From positions 436,813,811 through 436,877,810 of the forward strand of contig NC_058130.1 in NCBI RefSeq assembly GCF_016433145.1: a DNA stretch of 64,000 nucleotides, read 5' to 3'. Shown here in pieces: positions 39,959 to 53,012 of the stretch. The translations under genes were made by a program, and so were the position numbers. Under the pieces are notes generated by a model that saw only the letters and a list, made by a program, of their open reading frames with translations, did not search any database and had not been told where the DNA came from. Position 1 is the stretch's first letter, and each line of letters opens with the position of its first letter. The stretch comes from Gracilinanus agilis (Eukaryota).

Positions 39959-40974
39959 CTTTACACAAGTGGAGTTCTTTTTCCCTGGATGGTAGGATGA
40001 GTTCTTTTAGCCTAACTGAGGTCCCTCTCACCTTCCCATCTCACTTCTGGGAGAGAATCGGCACCATCGTGGTAGTTTCCATGAATACCAGGCATATCTG
40101 TATAGTCTAATTATTATTAAGTAAAATTGCTAGAGTCTGCAGAACATTAGGAAAAGGTGATTTACTGAAGTAAATAGCTTCTTACAGAAAGGAAAGGCAA
40201 ACATGGTATTTAAAGGTAAAGAAAATGTATTTTGCTATTGAAAACATTTTTGCATGTTATAATTAAAGTTAAGAAGCTTGCAAAGATTTTTTAGCACAAA
40301 GGAAACCCGATTAAATAAGGTTCCAGCATAATAAGAAAGGAAAGGATTAAAACCATCAGCCTGACTAGGTATTGCCAGCTTGGCAGCCCCAGGATTGCAC
40401 AGAAGGGCAGCATTCACCATGTCTGATAAGGAGAGAGTGTTCAGCCTGCTGCTATTCTTCTACCTCAAATGCAGACCAAAGTTCAGCCATCATTCTCTCA
40501 TCCCTATAAAGGTTTGTAAGTGACTGATAATCCACACTTGTAAAGATAAGCACAGATTTAAATGAATGGAGTCCCAGAAAAGCAAAGGTTGAGTCCCAGA
40601 GCAAACATCTTTGAGTAAACATTAGCCTTGATATTGCAGGGTTAAACGGAACTATGAATGACTGAAAACAAACACGGAGAGCTGTTAAACAGCATTGGGA
40701 AATCAATGGCAGGCAGGCTAAAATTTGGTGGAAATGATAACATGGATTGTATATCTAAAAATGACTTGAAAATATATGAAATTTAAACACATACGCACAC
40801 AATCCAACCAAAGAGGGCAAGCGATAAGTGAATTTGTTTTCTCAAAATGGACTATACAAAATGTGTTACTGTTTAGGCTGTGAGAATAAGCAATGCTGAC
40901 TTGCAGGCTTAGGCAGAGAAGGGAATTTTGTGTTGTTATTAGTGGATCTAAGCTGCCTATAAAAAGTATGCTGA

Positions 40975-41178
40975 GGGAGCAGCTAGGTGGCTTAGTGGAT
41001 TTAGAGGCAGGCCTAGAGATAAGAAGTTCTAGATTCAAATCTGGATTCACATACTTCCTAGTTGTGTAGCTTTGAGCAAGACACTTAACCCTCAATGCCT
41101 AAGCTTAGCACTCTTCTGCCTTGGAATAAATACACAATATTTATTATAGGAGAGTAGGTAAGGTTTGTTTTTTTTAAT
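40975..41178 (+). mobile_element. SINE1-type SINE (older long-tail variant)
   Basis: 9-bp TSD gtatgctga at 40966-40974 and 41179-41187. Confidence 0.88.
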
Positions 41179-41309
41179 GTATGCTGATAATTGAGGCAGG
41201 AGCTGAGTTTTGTTGTTGTTGTTGTTTGGGGTGTTTTTTCTCCTGAATTGTGTTTTATTTTACTTTGCCAACGGTTCCTGGTTCACCTAATATGACCAAC
41301 CCATTTTTA

Positions 41310-41535
41310 TGAAGCAACATGGTAGAGGAGAGAGTTAGTGGGCTTGGAATTATGACTTGGGTTCATAATACCTCTCAGCTACTTCCTAGCTCTGTGACCT
41401 TGGGCAAGTCACCTTCAATCTTTTTAATCTTCAATTTCCTGGTAGGTAAAATGGGGATAAAAATATCACTTCCTAGTATAGTTATGAAAATAGAATGAGA
41501 TTTTAAAGAAATATATAAATTTTAGTTATTTATTT
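41310..41535 (+). mobile_element. MIR SINE
   Basis: cttcctagctctgtgaccttgggcaagtcacc...aaaatggggataa. Confidence 0.75.
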
Positions 41536-41999
41536 TGCATTAGTTATCTAGAACTATTAATGGCAGGTCAGAGGGAAAAAAGGTTGTCTAGTTATAGTTG
41601 GGAGTTGGAGGGAAGTGGTGTATCCAGCCACTTAATCCAATGACAACACATCAGAGAAATTCAGTAAACTAATTGTTTGCCAACTCACTTGAATATGAAA
41701 AATCAATGTTGATACTTAGAATAAAAGTGAGAAGACAGGCTTATGCAAACACAATTATATTGATGTTGGCCTAAAAATTGTGAGTTCTATTTAGTTACCT
41801 AAGTGATGTTAAATACATTTTTTTTGTCCAAAGTCTTTCAGTTTTGCTCTAAAATATTCCCCTAATGTAGCAGGCTGCCATCAGCTAGCCCTTTCATTTT
41901 GTCAAGGGTAGAACTGGAAATTAGGCTGAGTTTTCTTTGGCTAAAGCAGCTAGGTAAAGAGGGAAGACCTTGATACCATATCAGGATGACTTCAAGGAA

Positions 42000-42468
42000 T
42001 CTTGGCTAATTAACCTGGAGGGGAAAAAAAGACTTAGAAGGGGACATAATAGTTCTTGTTAGATATTTTAGAGGCAATAGAGCCAAAAATAAAAGGATGT
42101 TACTTGTGCTGTTGCTCCCTGAGGACATAATTAAGAGTGAAGGGTATGTTAAAACAATACAAAACAAAACACCAAGTCAGGTATGAGTAGAAAGGTAAGA
42201 GAGACATAATTGATGAAGAAAAATCTTTGTTAAGGAAACCAGTCTTAACAGTTTAGAGCTATCCAGAAGTAGAATGAGCTGCCATGGTAGGTTGAGGGTT
42301 CTCCTTCACTCTTTCTTAAGATAAAGTTGGATGGCTACTTGGGGCTAAAAAAGAGGAAAGTCCTTTCCTAGAGAAGGAAATGGCAAACCACTCTGATATC
42401 CTTACCAAGAAAATCCACTGGATAGCTATATTTCATGGGATCACAAAGAGTCAGAACAACTGAACAAA
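42000..42468 (+). mobile_element. L3/CR1 3' fragment (about 42000-42345) followed by an RTE/MAR1-type 3' tail (about 42365-42468)
   Basis: agagctatccagaagtagaatgagctgccat...ggatggctacttgg (CR1 3' end); agagaaggaaatggcaaaccact...aagagtcagaacaactgaacaa (RTE tail). Confidence 0.65.
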
Positions 42469-43107
42469 GATCCTTTCCAACTTTATGATTCTGGGATTCA
42501 GTATTATTGTTACAGATTTCATTTGTATTATGATTTATTTTTACAGAACATTTTACAAGTGTTTATTCTCAAAACAACTTTCTGAAGCAAATAGGGAAAA
42601 TATTATTCCCATACACTCATAAAGTATCTGAGTCTAAGAGAGATTAAGTGAAAGGTCACAATAAATAAGTGGTAACTTTGGCACTCAGTCACAACTCCAG
42701 GGATCTTTCCACTCTTCCATGTGTTCCAGGAAGGTCTTCCTAAGAAAATAAATTATTATTTTTTTAGCACAACTCATTTTGACTAATCTTCAATAATGAT
42801 TTTACAAATTTTAATGGAATCATGACCAACAACAGATAAAGAACAAGGGTCAGAATAGAAGATTAAGCATAAAAACTAAGCACTTGTTTTCCATCTTTAG
42901 TGTAACTTCCAACCTCAGTCAGCTCTTTGTAAGTTTTTGCAAAAGAAAATATTCATTATAAGAAAGAATTCAAGAAAATATATAGGTAGTCAGACTTGCC
43001 TAGGCAAACTATTCATATGGAATTAGTAAGTTCTTGATCATTTATAGGGAAGAGTTTACTTCTTTCCTAGTAAATGTTTTAAAGCTCTGATTCCTTTATT
43101 TTGATAG

Positions 43108-43219
43108 CATATTATATGCTGACATTGTTGGATTCACCCGCCTCGCTAGTGACTGCTCTCCAGGAGAACTGGTGCACATGCTGAATGAACTCTTTGGAAA
43201 GTTTGATCAAATTGCCAAG
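43108..43219 (+). CDS. ADCY2: ADCY2 exon (exon 6 equivalent), 112 nt: (S)ILYADIVGFTRLASDCSPGELVHMLNELFGKFDQIAK
   Basis: Acceptor ttttgatag|C and donor AAG|gtgagt. Contains the class III cyclase ADIVGFT motif with the first metal-binding Asp. Confidence 0.98.
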
Positions 43220-43804
43220 GTGAGTCACTGGAGGAAACACCCTCTGCTTTATTGTGTTGATCTGTTGCTTCTTTTTTAAAGTTCACCTTTTCAGAAAAGT
43301 GCTGTTCATGCACCGATTTGTAAGTACGCCAAGTAGCTTTCCATTACACTCATTCTGCCAGAGATCTATAGCAGCAGTGATGAATTCTATTTTCTTAGCT
43401 AGCATAGCATGAAATTATATTTCTACATCAATCAGTGGTGACCAGTAGTAGTACCCTACAACAGAATTATATGTCACTTTTCATGATTTGATCCTACTTC
43501 TCCAGATGCTACTAAAAATGAAATCAAGTACAAACAATGTGTGGGGGAGAGGAAACAAGAGAGAAAATAGAAAAGGAGAAGGACAATATATTTCACATGA
43601 GTATAGATTCATGAGAAACTAGAAATTGGTTAACTGCTTCTTGTATATATTTCAATAGGTCAGCAATCTAGTTTCTTCAAACCATCCAAAACCTAATAAA
43701 TACTGTCTTGGGACATCTCTGGAAGCTTGAAGTGAATTGACATACTTCATACCAAAAAAAAAGACATATTTTATCATATGTCATTTTAATCCAATCATGT
43801 ATAT

Positions 43805-44065
43805 AATAGGCAGCTAAGTTGTGGAGTAAATAAAGTGCTATAATGGAGTCAGGAAGAGCTGAGTTCAAATGCAATTATAGACACTAGCCATACGCCCTTG
43901 GCAAACCACTTAACCTCTGTCTGTCTCAGTTTCTATGTGTGTAAAATGGAGAATATAATAGCACTTACTTCCCAGAGATGTTATGAGGATCAAATGAGAC
44001 AATATTTGTAAAGTGTTTTGTAAGCCTTAAAGCAGTATATAAATATAAATGCTCACTATTATTAT
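43805..44065 (+). mobile_element. MIR SINE
   Basis: ggagtcaggaagagctgagttcaaat...tcagtttctatgtgtgtaaaatggag...tgtaaagtgttttgtaagccttaaagc. Confidence 0.85.
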
Positions 44066-46646
44066 ATAATGAGTTCCTGAAAAGTAAAAATCAATTTGCC
44101 TATCTCTGTTTTACCACCTATGAAAGGTCTCTTTTAAAATCTCCTCTATATGTATTTCTGCATTTTCTAATGCAGAATGCAAATCTGCATTTCTAAGTCA
44201 AAAAGTTAGGGATATGGTACACTTACCCAAGCCCTCCTTGGTTTACCAATTTTAAGTCTTTCATATACATAACTCATCAAGAACTTCTCTTTAAGAAAGT
44301 GTGACACTCAAATCCAGTATCACACCCTTTCTTTGCTGCCCTCTCATTTGACTACTTTGCTACTTGGAATAATTGGCCAAAAGAGTGAGAAAAAAAGGGT
44401 CAGCAATGATGTGAGACTCACCTTCAAGCAATTGTGAGTTCACTTGTGTTAATACTCTCTCTTTCAGTATAGACACAATTCCTACAATGTCTTCATTGGT
44501 GAAACAAGTGAGCCTTTTATGGCCAGCTCTTCACTTAACTAGATTTATCCTTAGAGAAAAGCCAGACAATCTGTCATGAAGCCATTCCTGGTATAAAAAA
44601 TGAGCCAGACTTTGTGGTGTTCTTTTATAGTTTTTAAGAATACAGGGTCACTTCTATGCCAAATCAAGCCATCTGAATAGGATTAGAGTAAATAAAATAT
44701 ATCTTATATGCAGGGGGAATAATTCTCCAAATCTTACAGATGTGACCAGAGTAAAGATGTTCATAGAAATATCTATTCCAAATATGTTTTTTTAAATCCT
44801 ATATGTTTAAATACAGCTTTTATAAATATTGCTTCATGCAAAGTATAAAGAACTGGACATAGAGTCTAAAACTACTCAGTGAGGAAATAGAATCAGGAAA
44901 TTCTAACCTCCCATAGTTGTTGTAAGGATAAAATGAAATCGTATTTCTCAAGTACTTTAAAAATGTAAAAATACTTTATAAGTGTTTATTGTTTAAATTA
45001 TTATTCTAGCTGTTACTTGATTCAGGTATTAAAATGTTTCCATCAAGAAGTTTTTTTGTTTTCAAATCATGTTTGTTACAATGACATTCAGTTAATTATT
45101 AAATAAATATATCCAGTCCTACAGAGCTTTAGGAAAATTAAATCTCGACCTTGGGCATCACACTTTTTAGTTTTAGAAATCACTAACAGGACAATTTTAC
45201 AAGAAATCTAATTCCAGCACCCTTGATAGTTTGGTAGGCATAGGCTATATAACAAGTAGCACCAGGGAATTTATAATGTCATCTTTGCTGACAAGTCAAA
45301 TCCAAAAGATATCTAGTCTTTTGAAGGGAGGCAATTGGTAGCATGCAAACTAATGTCTTCCTTTCCTGGTCCCCAAAGTAGTTTGGACAACTGTCTTGTG
45401 AATCTCTGGGATGTTCAAGAAGGAATTAGGAGAATCATAAGCTACTTTCCACCCTCATTCTCAAAAAAAGGAAAAAAAAAAACCTTTCCTGAATTCCTTT
45501 GCTAGATAATCCATGAGGCTACCATTTGTATTTTTGCCACTGCCAGGAAGCTAAGGAGTGATAATTATTCCCTTCTCTTTACTCCAAATAAGAGTCAGGG
45601 ATTCCCAAGAGCTACTGGGAGTTCCCCAATAAGGAGTTATGTTCTAGCTTCCAAATTGTTTTCCAAGTACCCATGGATAAATAGTCTAGCTACCTTGGGT
45701 GTCATTGGCCTAGGAGCAAGAGGATCAGCCCAGTGAGCAAACTGTTTATTAAATACAACAATATATTGTGAAAAACAAAATTAAAATGTAAAGGATCTCA
45801 AGCAAACAAGAGCTCAGTGCACTGAGCGAATACTGTTTAATGCAGACTTTAAGCTATGGAAAATTAATTCAATGTATTTTTATGAATTTCATATTCTGTT
45901 ATGATTCAGAATCACTGTTTATGAAGTAGGAGAGAGAAGCTTTATACAAGAGATAATTGTTTGCTTTCTTTTACTGACTTAAAATAATGTTATCAGGCAT
46001 TGTTAGGCTCAGACTTTAATGTTATCTGAAGTAAGCATGAAAAGAAGTGCAGACTTCTATTTTTATCATCTGAAAGAAAAAGGGCATAATGGGCAGACTA
46101 AATTAGATTTAAGACTAGATATAAAATAAATATGAACTTTTTTCTTTTTCCTTTTGTGAACACATGTACATGTAAACTTTTATGAAGAACTCTAAGTGTA
46201 TTTGGTACAGCCAATTTTGGGGGGTTAAAAGGGGTGTACATTTTCTTCATTTTAAGATTATAAGTAGAAACTCCTTAATTGAAAATTGGAAATGAGAGCA
46301 TGCCTTGACAAACCACATGAAAGGTCAGACAAGAATCCTTTGACCTAGTAAAATTAATTCTAGTTTTACTTTACACCCCAGCTTCTGAATAAGTACAGAC
46401 CTCTCTAGACTATTCTGCCCGCCCTTCTGTTGCCTCCTTCTCTCTTCTCCTTTCTCAAAATGGTCAATGGGAGAAGAATAATAATGGAAAATCATTCCAT
46501 TTAATTTTTCTTTCATCTCAAGCAAACATGACTATAGTGTTATCAGTAAGAATAAAACCTTTCATATTACATGAATCCAAACATCATATCAGTATGCAAG
46601 GACTTCAAGATACTTACTTCATATTTGTTTTTTTTTTCCTTTTCAG

Positions 46647-46774
46647 GAAAATGAATGCATGAGAATCAAAATTTTAGGAGACTGCTACTACTGTGTGTCT
46701 GGCCTCCCTATATCTCTTCCAAACCATGCCAAGAATTGTGTGAAAATGGGACTAGACATGTGTGAAGCTATAAA
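46647..46774 (+). CDS. ADCY2: ADCY2 exon (exon 7 equivalent), 128 nt: [42 protein letters not shown](K)
   Basis: Long pyrimidine tract then tttcag|GAA, donor AA|gtaggt. Contains the KILGDCY motif with the second metal-binding Asp. Confidence 0.98.
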
Positions 46775-46899
46775 GTAGGTGCAAAGAAAATATTTAGGCT
46801 TAAAATTAAAATGATCTGAATGTTTCATCTTTAACTATATTGTTTCTTTAGGATAGTTATAGGTACATTTTTGAAATTCAGAATTATTTGTGATAATAA

Positions 46900-47130
46900 G
46901 GCTGGGACAAAAATGTATGTTCAATGATGGGACAATGACTAAATAAATTGAAGCATATAAAGATAATGTAATATTGCCATGCCATGAAAAATGATGAGTA
47001 TGAAGAATTCAGAGGAAAATAGGAGAATTTGATGAAAAGATACAGAATGAAGAATTCTGAGCTAAAATAATAATGTATATGATGATCTCAATAATAGTTT
47101 TAAATCATCTTGGAAAGACAATGCTGACCA
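46900..47130 (+). mobile_element. Decayed L1 ORF2 C-terminal fragment
   Basis: Resembles coding sequence for ..LNKL..YYCA.KNDEYEEFR. Confidence 0.55.
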
Positions 47131-47499
47131 AATTCAACATTCAATGTTTATACCACACTGCTCAATCTCTCTTTTCTGTTATGGATCCATAACACAACTG
47201 TTGTTATTGTTGTTGTTTTTCAGCAATATATTTGGTAGAATTTTTTGGGAACTACCTTGTGTCAAAAGAAAATATCAATCTATTTTAGAGACATAAACAT
47301 AATACTTTAAATCTAGAACTATAGATAATTTCTAATCAAAACCATTTATATTACACCTAAGTAAACAATTTATGAGTATAGTCATATCATTTAACACTTT
47401 TGGAAGCCAAAGAACATACCATAAAATCTTGAGAATTAGAGCTAGAATGTCACACACCTATATCCTTCATTTGGCAAGTAGGAAAATTGAGGCCCATTC

Positions 47500-47797
47500 T
47501 GGACCAGCTAGGTGTCAGAGTGGATAGAGGGCTGAGCTGAAGGCAGTAAGACCTGAGTTCAAATCCTGCCTCAGAAACTTATTAATTGTATGTCCTTTGA
47601 CATTTAACATTTGCTTGCCTAAATTTCCTCTGCTGTAAAAAGAGGATAATAACAGCATGTATTTCAATGAGTTGTTATGAAGATTAAATGAGAAATTATT
47701 TGTAAAGCACTTATTATAGTCCCTAGCATATAATGGGTACAATATAAATGCCTGCTATTATTATTATTATTATTATTACTATTATTTTATTTTATTA
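47500..47797 (+). mobile_element. MIR SINE ending in a (TTA)n tail (about 47755-47797)
   Basis: agacctgagttcaaatcctgcctcag...tgtaaagcactt...ctattattattatt. Confidence 0.85.
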
Positions 47798-48039
47798 ACT
47801 GACCTGTTGAGGAGAGGGGTAGTGCAAAATTTTATGTTCTTAATTAAGTTTTAAGAATAGCAGTAATCATTTTCATATAGCTATATTTTAGTATATAGTT
47901 TACCTCTTTTTCCTCAATTATTTCCCCTCTAAAATAAAACTAATCATCATATTTATACATCCTAGTGCTTTATATATTTGTATTATTAATTTTAAAAAAG
48001 AGTATAAATGAGCATGCCCAGGAAGATAAGTGTATAGTA

Positions 48040-48160
48040 CATGTCAATATGTATATAAATCAAATATAATCAAATATAAGTATATATCAAATATAAAATT
48101 AAAAAATCAAATGTAATATCAAATATAATATGAAATATAAATCAAATATAATCAAACATA
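48040..48160. repeat. Degenerate ATCAAATATA tandem repeat
   Basis: About 6-8 imperfect copies of atcaaatat(a). Confidence 0.7.
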
Positions 48161-48720
48161 AAAAAGAAAGCTAAGAAGAAATAGCATAAAGTAAGGTCAA
48201 TAGTGATTAGAATATATGTGTAAATAAAGTTTTCTATCCTTTCAAGTTTCAGAATTTGATAATATTGATATGGAAAAAAAGGAAATGATGGTTTCAGGCT
48301 ATTAGATGGTTCAGTCTGATAACTAATTTCCCCAGCAGATCTCCCATGGTTAAAGGAGCCTCACTAATCTCACTGGTTGTACAACTCAACATTTTTCTAA
48401 AAAATATTATTCATTTGAAAAAATGCTTTGTCTGTCTTATTATTAGGTATATTTGTTTCATGCTCAGTGAGCCTGTTTCCTCTGTCAGGAGCAAGAAGGG
48501 AAACTCTGATCTGGGTTTAATAACATTTTTCAAAGTTTATAGTTCTCCTTACAATAATAGATTGTTGCTCTTACTCTTCATGGTAAGGCAATAAGCAGCT
48601 CCAATTTACTTCATGTTTTCTCCTAAAGTAGAACTCTTTCATTGTCTCTAGACCAAAGATAATGAATACAATGTGACTGTATCTTTTTATATATTCACTT
48701 GCATGGGTATTTTATATTTA

Positions 48721-48910
48721 TGGCAGACAGATGGTACAGTGCATAGAGTGCTGGAATTTGAGTTAGGAAGACATCTTCCTGTGTACAAATCTGGCCTCAG
48801 ATACTTACTAGCTGTGTGACCCTGGACAAATCACTTAACCCTATTTGCCTCAGTTTCCCAATCTATCGAATGAGCTACAGAAGGAAATGGCAAATCACTC
48901 CAGTATCTGT
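48721..48910 (+). mobile_element. MAR1 core SINE (3'-truncated)
   Basis: Core followed by gagctacagaaggaaatggcaaatcactccagtatct. Confidence 0.85.
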
Positions 48911-49739
48911 GATCATTTTGAACCAATTATATTAATTAAATTTAATACTTGGATATACTGCCTTTACTTAAGTTCTTATATATCACCCATTATGACAGAA
49001 TGGATAGAAATCTAGTCTTGTAGAATTAGGACCTTGCAAGTTAGTTAAGTCCAGGTCACATAGGTAGGAAGTGTCTGAGGCTAGATTTGAACAGAGGACA
49101 TCCTGTCTCTAGACCTGCCTCTCAATCCACTGAGCCACATAGTTGCCCTCTCTATGTCCTTCTAAAAAGTCATAGGGAAAGAGAAGTGTTGTGACCTGCT
49201 GTTAAATTTCCCACACCAATGCAATCACAGATTTTGTGTTCACATAGAAATAGACTTAATCTCTGTTATTAACATTTTATTCATCACTTTCTTAGTCTAG
49301 AGAATCAACAAAACAGTAAATTAAGTCCTGTTTTATAGTATTTTCTTATTTCCAAGATACTGATGCTCAAATTGAAAATTTAATGATTTGTTTTCAAAAG
49401 CTGATTCAAGCTGCCTCCAGCACACTACTGAACTTAACCCTAATAGGTGAAGGTCAGCAAAGAACTCAAGGATGCAGAGCCAAATAAAGCTGGGCTGACC
49501 ACTGTACCCATAATTTCAGCAGGGGCTCGTGTCTAACGCTGGCAGAAAGCCCTAGTTAAGGAACTAAATCTGGAAAGATGAAAAAAAAATCAAAGAAAAT
49601 TTCAACCATTGTAAAATTATACAAATAAGGAAATATTTATTAAATTTCTTCTATATTTCAGGTACTGCCCTAAGCATTTTCTAATATCATCTCATTTGAG
49701 CTAATCTAATCAATTCTAAACCTTTAACAGCTATAGACA

Positions 49740-51390
49740 AAGACTGAAAGGGGAAAAATGTATTCTCATATATTACATGAATACAAAGAAGTGAAATAAG
49801 AGATAAAAAGATAAATAAAAAATCTACAAGAAAGAATTTTAAGAACACTAAGTTGATTAGAAGAGAAAGTGGTAACTCATCTAAAAATGAATTCCTTGAA
49901 AAGTAAGACACACTAAAGAGAAATTAAAGACTCCACGGGACAGCAAGATGTTAGAACAAAAACAAAATATTAGAAAAATAGAATAGAACATAGGATATCT
50001 TATATGAAAGACAAATGACCTGGAAAACATCTCGAATAGAGATAATTTGGAAATAAATGCAATCCCAAAAAAAAACATTATTAAAAAAAAAGACCTGAAT
50101 GCCATATTTTGAGAAATCATAAAGAAAAACTCTTCAGATTTATCAGAATCAGAAGGCCAAATAATGATAGAAATAATACACAGATTACTTCCTGAAAAGA
50201 ACCCCTAAACTCCATAAAAAATAACTTAGGAATGACATAAAAATTCAAAGCTTCCATTTTAAGCAAAAAATAGTCTAAGGATACAGAAAGAAGTTAAAAT
50301 GCCATGTTATTAAAATGTAATCCTAACATTAGACCTGACTGACAGTTCTAAAAGAAAGATCTTGAATTACAATATTTCAAAACGTCTTGAAATATAATAT
50401 TCCAAAAGGCAAAAGTTATATGCTTAATATCAAGAATAACATTCTGTAAAGTTAGCATAATCCCCCAAGGGAGGGAAAGGGAAAATGAACCTCTAATACA
50501 GTGGTTCTCAAATTTTTTTGTGTTAGGATCCCTTTAAATTCTTATGAATCAGAAGACCTCAGATAGTTTTTGTTTCTGTAGGTAAATATCTGTCAATATT
50601 TACTGTATTAGCAATTTAAACCTACATTAATATATTTATTTGATTCATTTAAGAATAATAATAAATGTATTACACAGTAATACACATAACATTTTGATGA
50701 AAAATAACATTTTCCAAAACAAAAATATAGTAACAAAATGGCAGTTTTGAATATTTTTCAAAACTCCTTAATATCAAACAATACAGAGTTTTCATATATG
50801 CCTCTACATTCAGTCCTTAAAATATGTTGTTTTGATTAAAGTATATGAAGAAAATTTGTTTTCATAAAGATATGTAGTTGGAAAAGGGAAGATTGATTTG
50901 ATTAGACAAATAATGTCAGTATTGATATGAAAATAGTTTTGACCTTCTGGTCTCCAGAAGTCCTTGGACTACCCTAGGAGAACTGCTACTTTAATAGAAT
51001 AGAAGAATTTAGAAGTATTTCAGATGAAAATACCATAATTAAATAGGAATTATAAATAAAAACACCAGTCCAGAGAAATCTAGAAAGAAATGACAAAAAG
51101 AGATGATTTTTGAGTAGTGTAAATTGTCACAAAGTGAGCAAAAGCAAGAGAAACATTTATTCAATAATATTATGAAGAAAAACAACTTTGAGAGATTTTT
51201 TTCAAAACATATCAAATAAGTGACCAATAATGATTCCAAAGAATTTATGATGAAGTGGTTGTGCTGGGGAATAGATGGGATGTTTCAGGGTTAACAGTAG
51301 TAAAGCTACAATAAAACAAAGCCATTAAACAGAAGAGAATAGAGAAGGAAATAGACAAATAGAACAATTTTGAAAGTAATATTTAGAATT
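49740..51390 (+). mobile_element. Old, patchy L1 remnant (mainly ORF1), sense to ADCY2, interrupted by a Charlie MITE
   Basis: A-rich. DNA resembles L1 ORF1 (DLEN.SRRDNL.I; NIIFQKAK...RIT...KLSII...TFN.IE.F). No open frame. Confidence 0.7.
50499..50988. mobile_element. Charlie1-derived non-autonomous hAT element, 490 bp
   Basis: 5' cagtggttctcaaa, 3' degenerate gagaactgcta. TSD ctctaata (50491-50498) and ctttaata (50989-50996), 7/8. Interior resembles the recalled Charlie1 end (gtatatgaagaaaat...agatatgtagttggaaaaggg). Confidence 0.8.
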
Positions 51391-51399
51391 TATATTATT

Positions 51400-51615
51400 T
51401 GGGGGTAATTAAGAAGCTCAGTGGGTAGAGTTCCAAGCCTGGAGATAGGAGGTCCTATGTTCAAATCTAGCCTCAGATACTTCCTAGCTGTGTGACCCTG
51501 GGCAAGTTACTTAACCTCAGTTGCCTAAAACTTACCCCTTTTTCTGCCTTGGAACCGATACCTGTATCTAGTCTAAGACAGAAGATAAGGGTTTTTTTTT
51601 CCTTAGGAAAAAAAA
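51400..51615 (+). mobile_element. SINE1-type SINE (older long-tail variant)
   Basis: gctcagtgggtagagttccaagcctggagataggaggtcc...ctgccttggaaccgata...aagacagaagataagggttt. Confidence 0.88.
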
Positions 51616-52132
51616 AGGAATTTATTGCAAACAAGAAGGGTGAAATGGAAATATGTAGTTTATTTTTAAATCTTTACTTTGTATTCTGTCTGTATGAAAA
51701 TTCTTTTTTGTATATAGAATTTTTTTTCAAAATTAGCTGATTTGATTACTTACATTGTGATGATCAAAATATTTCAAATACTTTTCAATGCCCATACTTC
51801 TTACTGTCCCCAAAATGATCATTACCCTATGCTTGTCTTTTGATCAAGGCAATTTTCAAACTAGTATAAATACTGCTTTCTTGTTCTTTGCTCTACTATT
51901 ATTTAAGAGTCCCAAGTCTCTGCTTTTCAGTCCAGAGATGAATATGGTCAAGATATCTCCTTTGTTGGCTGCTAGCAGTTGCATTATACAACACAATTTA
52001 GTTCATTATAGTATTATTTTTTAAACTATATGAAAAAAATGTGAGTGATAGAATGTCAGCTGATTTGGTTATGGTTGATGAGGTATAAAAAGGTGTTTTA
52101 TCCATCATTACCTAGATTTTTCTTCTGTTTAG

Positions 52133-52291
52133 GAAAGTGAGAGATGCAACGGGAGTTGATATCAACATGCGTGTGGGAGTACACTCTGGGAATGTCCTCT
52201 GTGGTGTAATTGGTTTGCAGAAGTGGCAATATGATGTCTGGTCTCATGATGTTACCCTGGCCAACCACATGGAAGCCGGAGGTGTTCCAGG
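52133..52291 (+). CDS. ADCY2: ADCY2 exon (exon 8 equivalent), 159 nt: (K)[52 protein letters not shown](G)
   Basis: Acceptor ttctgtttag|G and donor GG|gtatga. Contains the cyclase signature MRVGVHSG...WQYDVWS...ANHME. Overlaps ORF 52137-52319. Confidence 0.98.
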
Positions 52292-52879
52292 GTATGACAA
52301 ATTCACTTGGGTTAATTAAGTCAGTATTCTTGACTTGGTTCTTACTTGGTGAAATCCTTACCCCCAATATATATAAAGAGATACTATTCATTAAATTGGA
52401 TCACCTACTTAGTTTATAGTTATGTGTGCTTTATCAGAAAGCTAAGATGACTAAAAACTTGATTGATTCTCAACATTTTAATACCACTTTTTCGAAGTTA
52501 ATTCTTTGATCTGAGCATTGAAAAGGGGCAAATATTCTTTTTTTCTTCTTTTTTGGAGTTCAATGCATTCCTGCAAAACCTTTTGCTAAGTTTCATAAAA
52601 AATCTGAATATCTGAAGTCAAATTGGATGTACCTAAGACTGTTAGTGCAAAAATCCAAAGTAAATCTTTTTAGTTTTGTTTATGGCAGAGAACTTAAATA
52701 TTAATCCCTAGTGCTGCAGAAATAGATAGTGCACATATCCAACTTTTCACACACATTCAATTCTTACCTGAATTCATAGCCTTCTTTTTAACTTTAAAAA
52801 AGGAAAATATTTGTCAAAGTAAAAATAATTTAAACATCATAGGCACCAAGATAATTTTCACATTGTCCTGAAATTGCAG

Positions 52880-53012
52880 GCGTGTTCACATTACTTCAGT
52901 TACCTTAGAGCACTTGAATGGAGCTTACAAGGTAGAAGAAGGAGATGGAGACATCAGGGACCCATATCTGAAAGAACATTATGTCAAAACCTATTTTGTG
53001 ATCAATCCCAAG
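52880..53012 (+). CDS. ADCY2: ADCY2 exon (exon 9 equivalent), 133 nt: (G)RVHITSVTLEHLNGAYKVEEGDGDIRDPYLKEHYVKTYFVINPK
   Basis: Acceptor aattgcag|G and donor AAG|gtcagt. In frame with the flanking exons; end of C1a. Confidence 0.97.

Noticed and set aside
52098-52391. 97-aa antisense ORF over exon 8
   Set aside because: Shadow of a coding exon; no independent motif or splice/promoter support.
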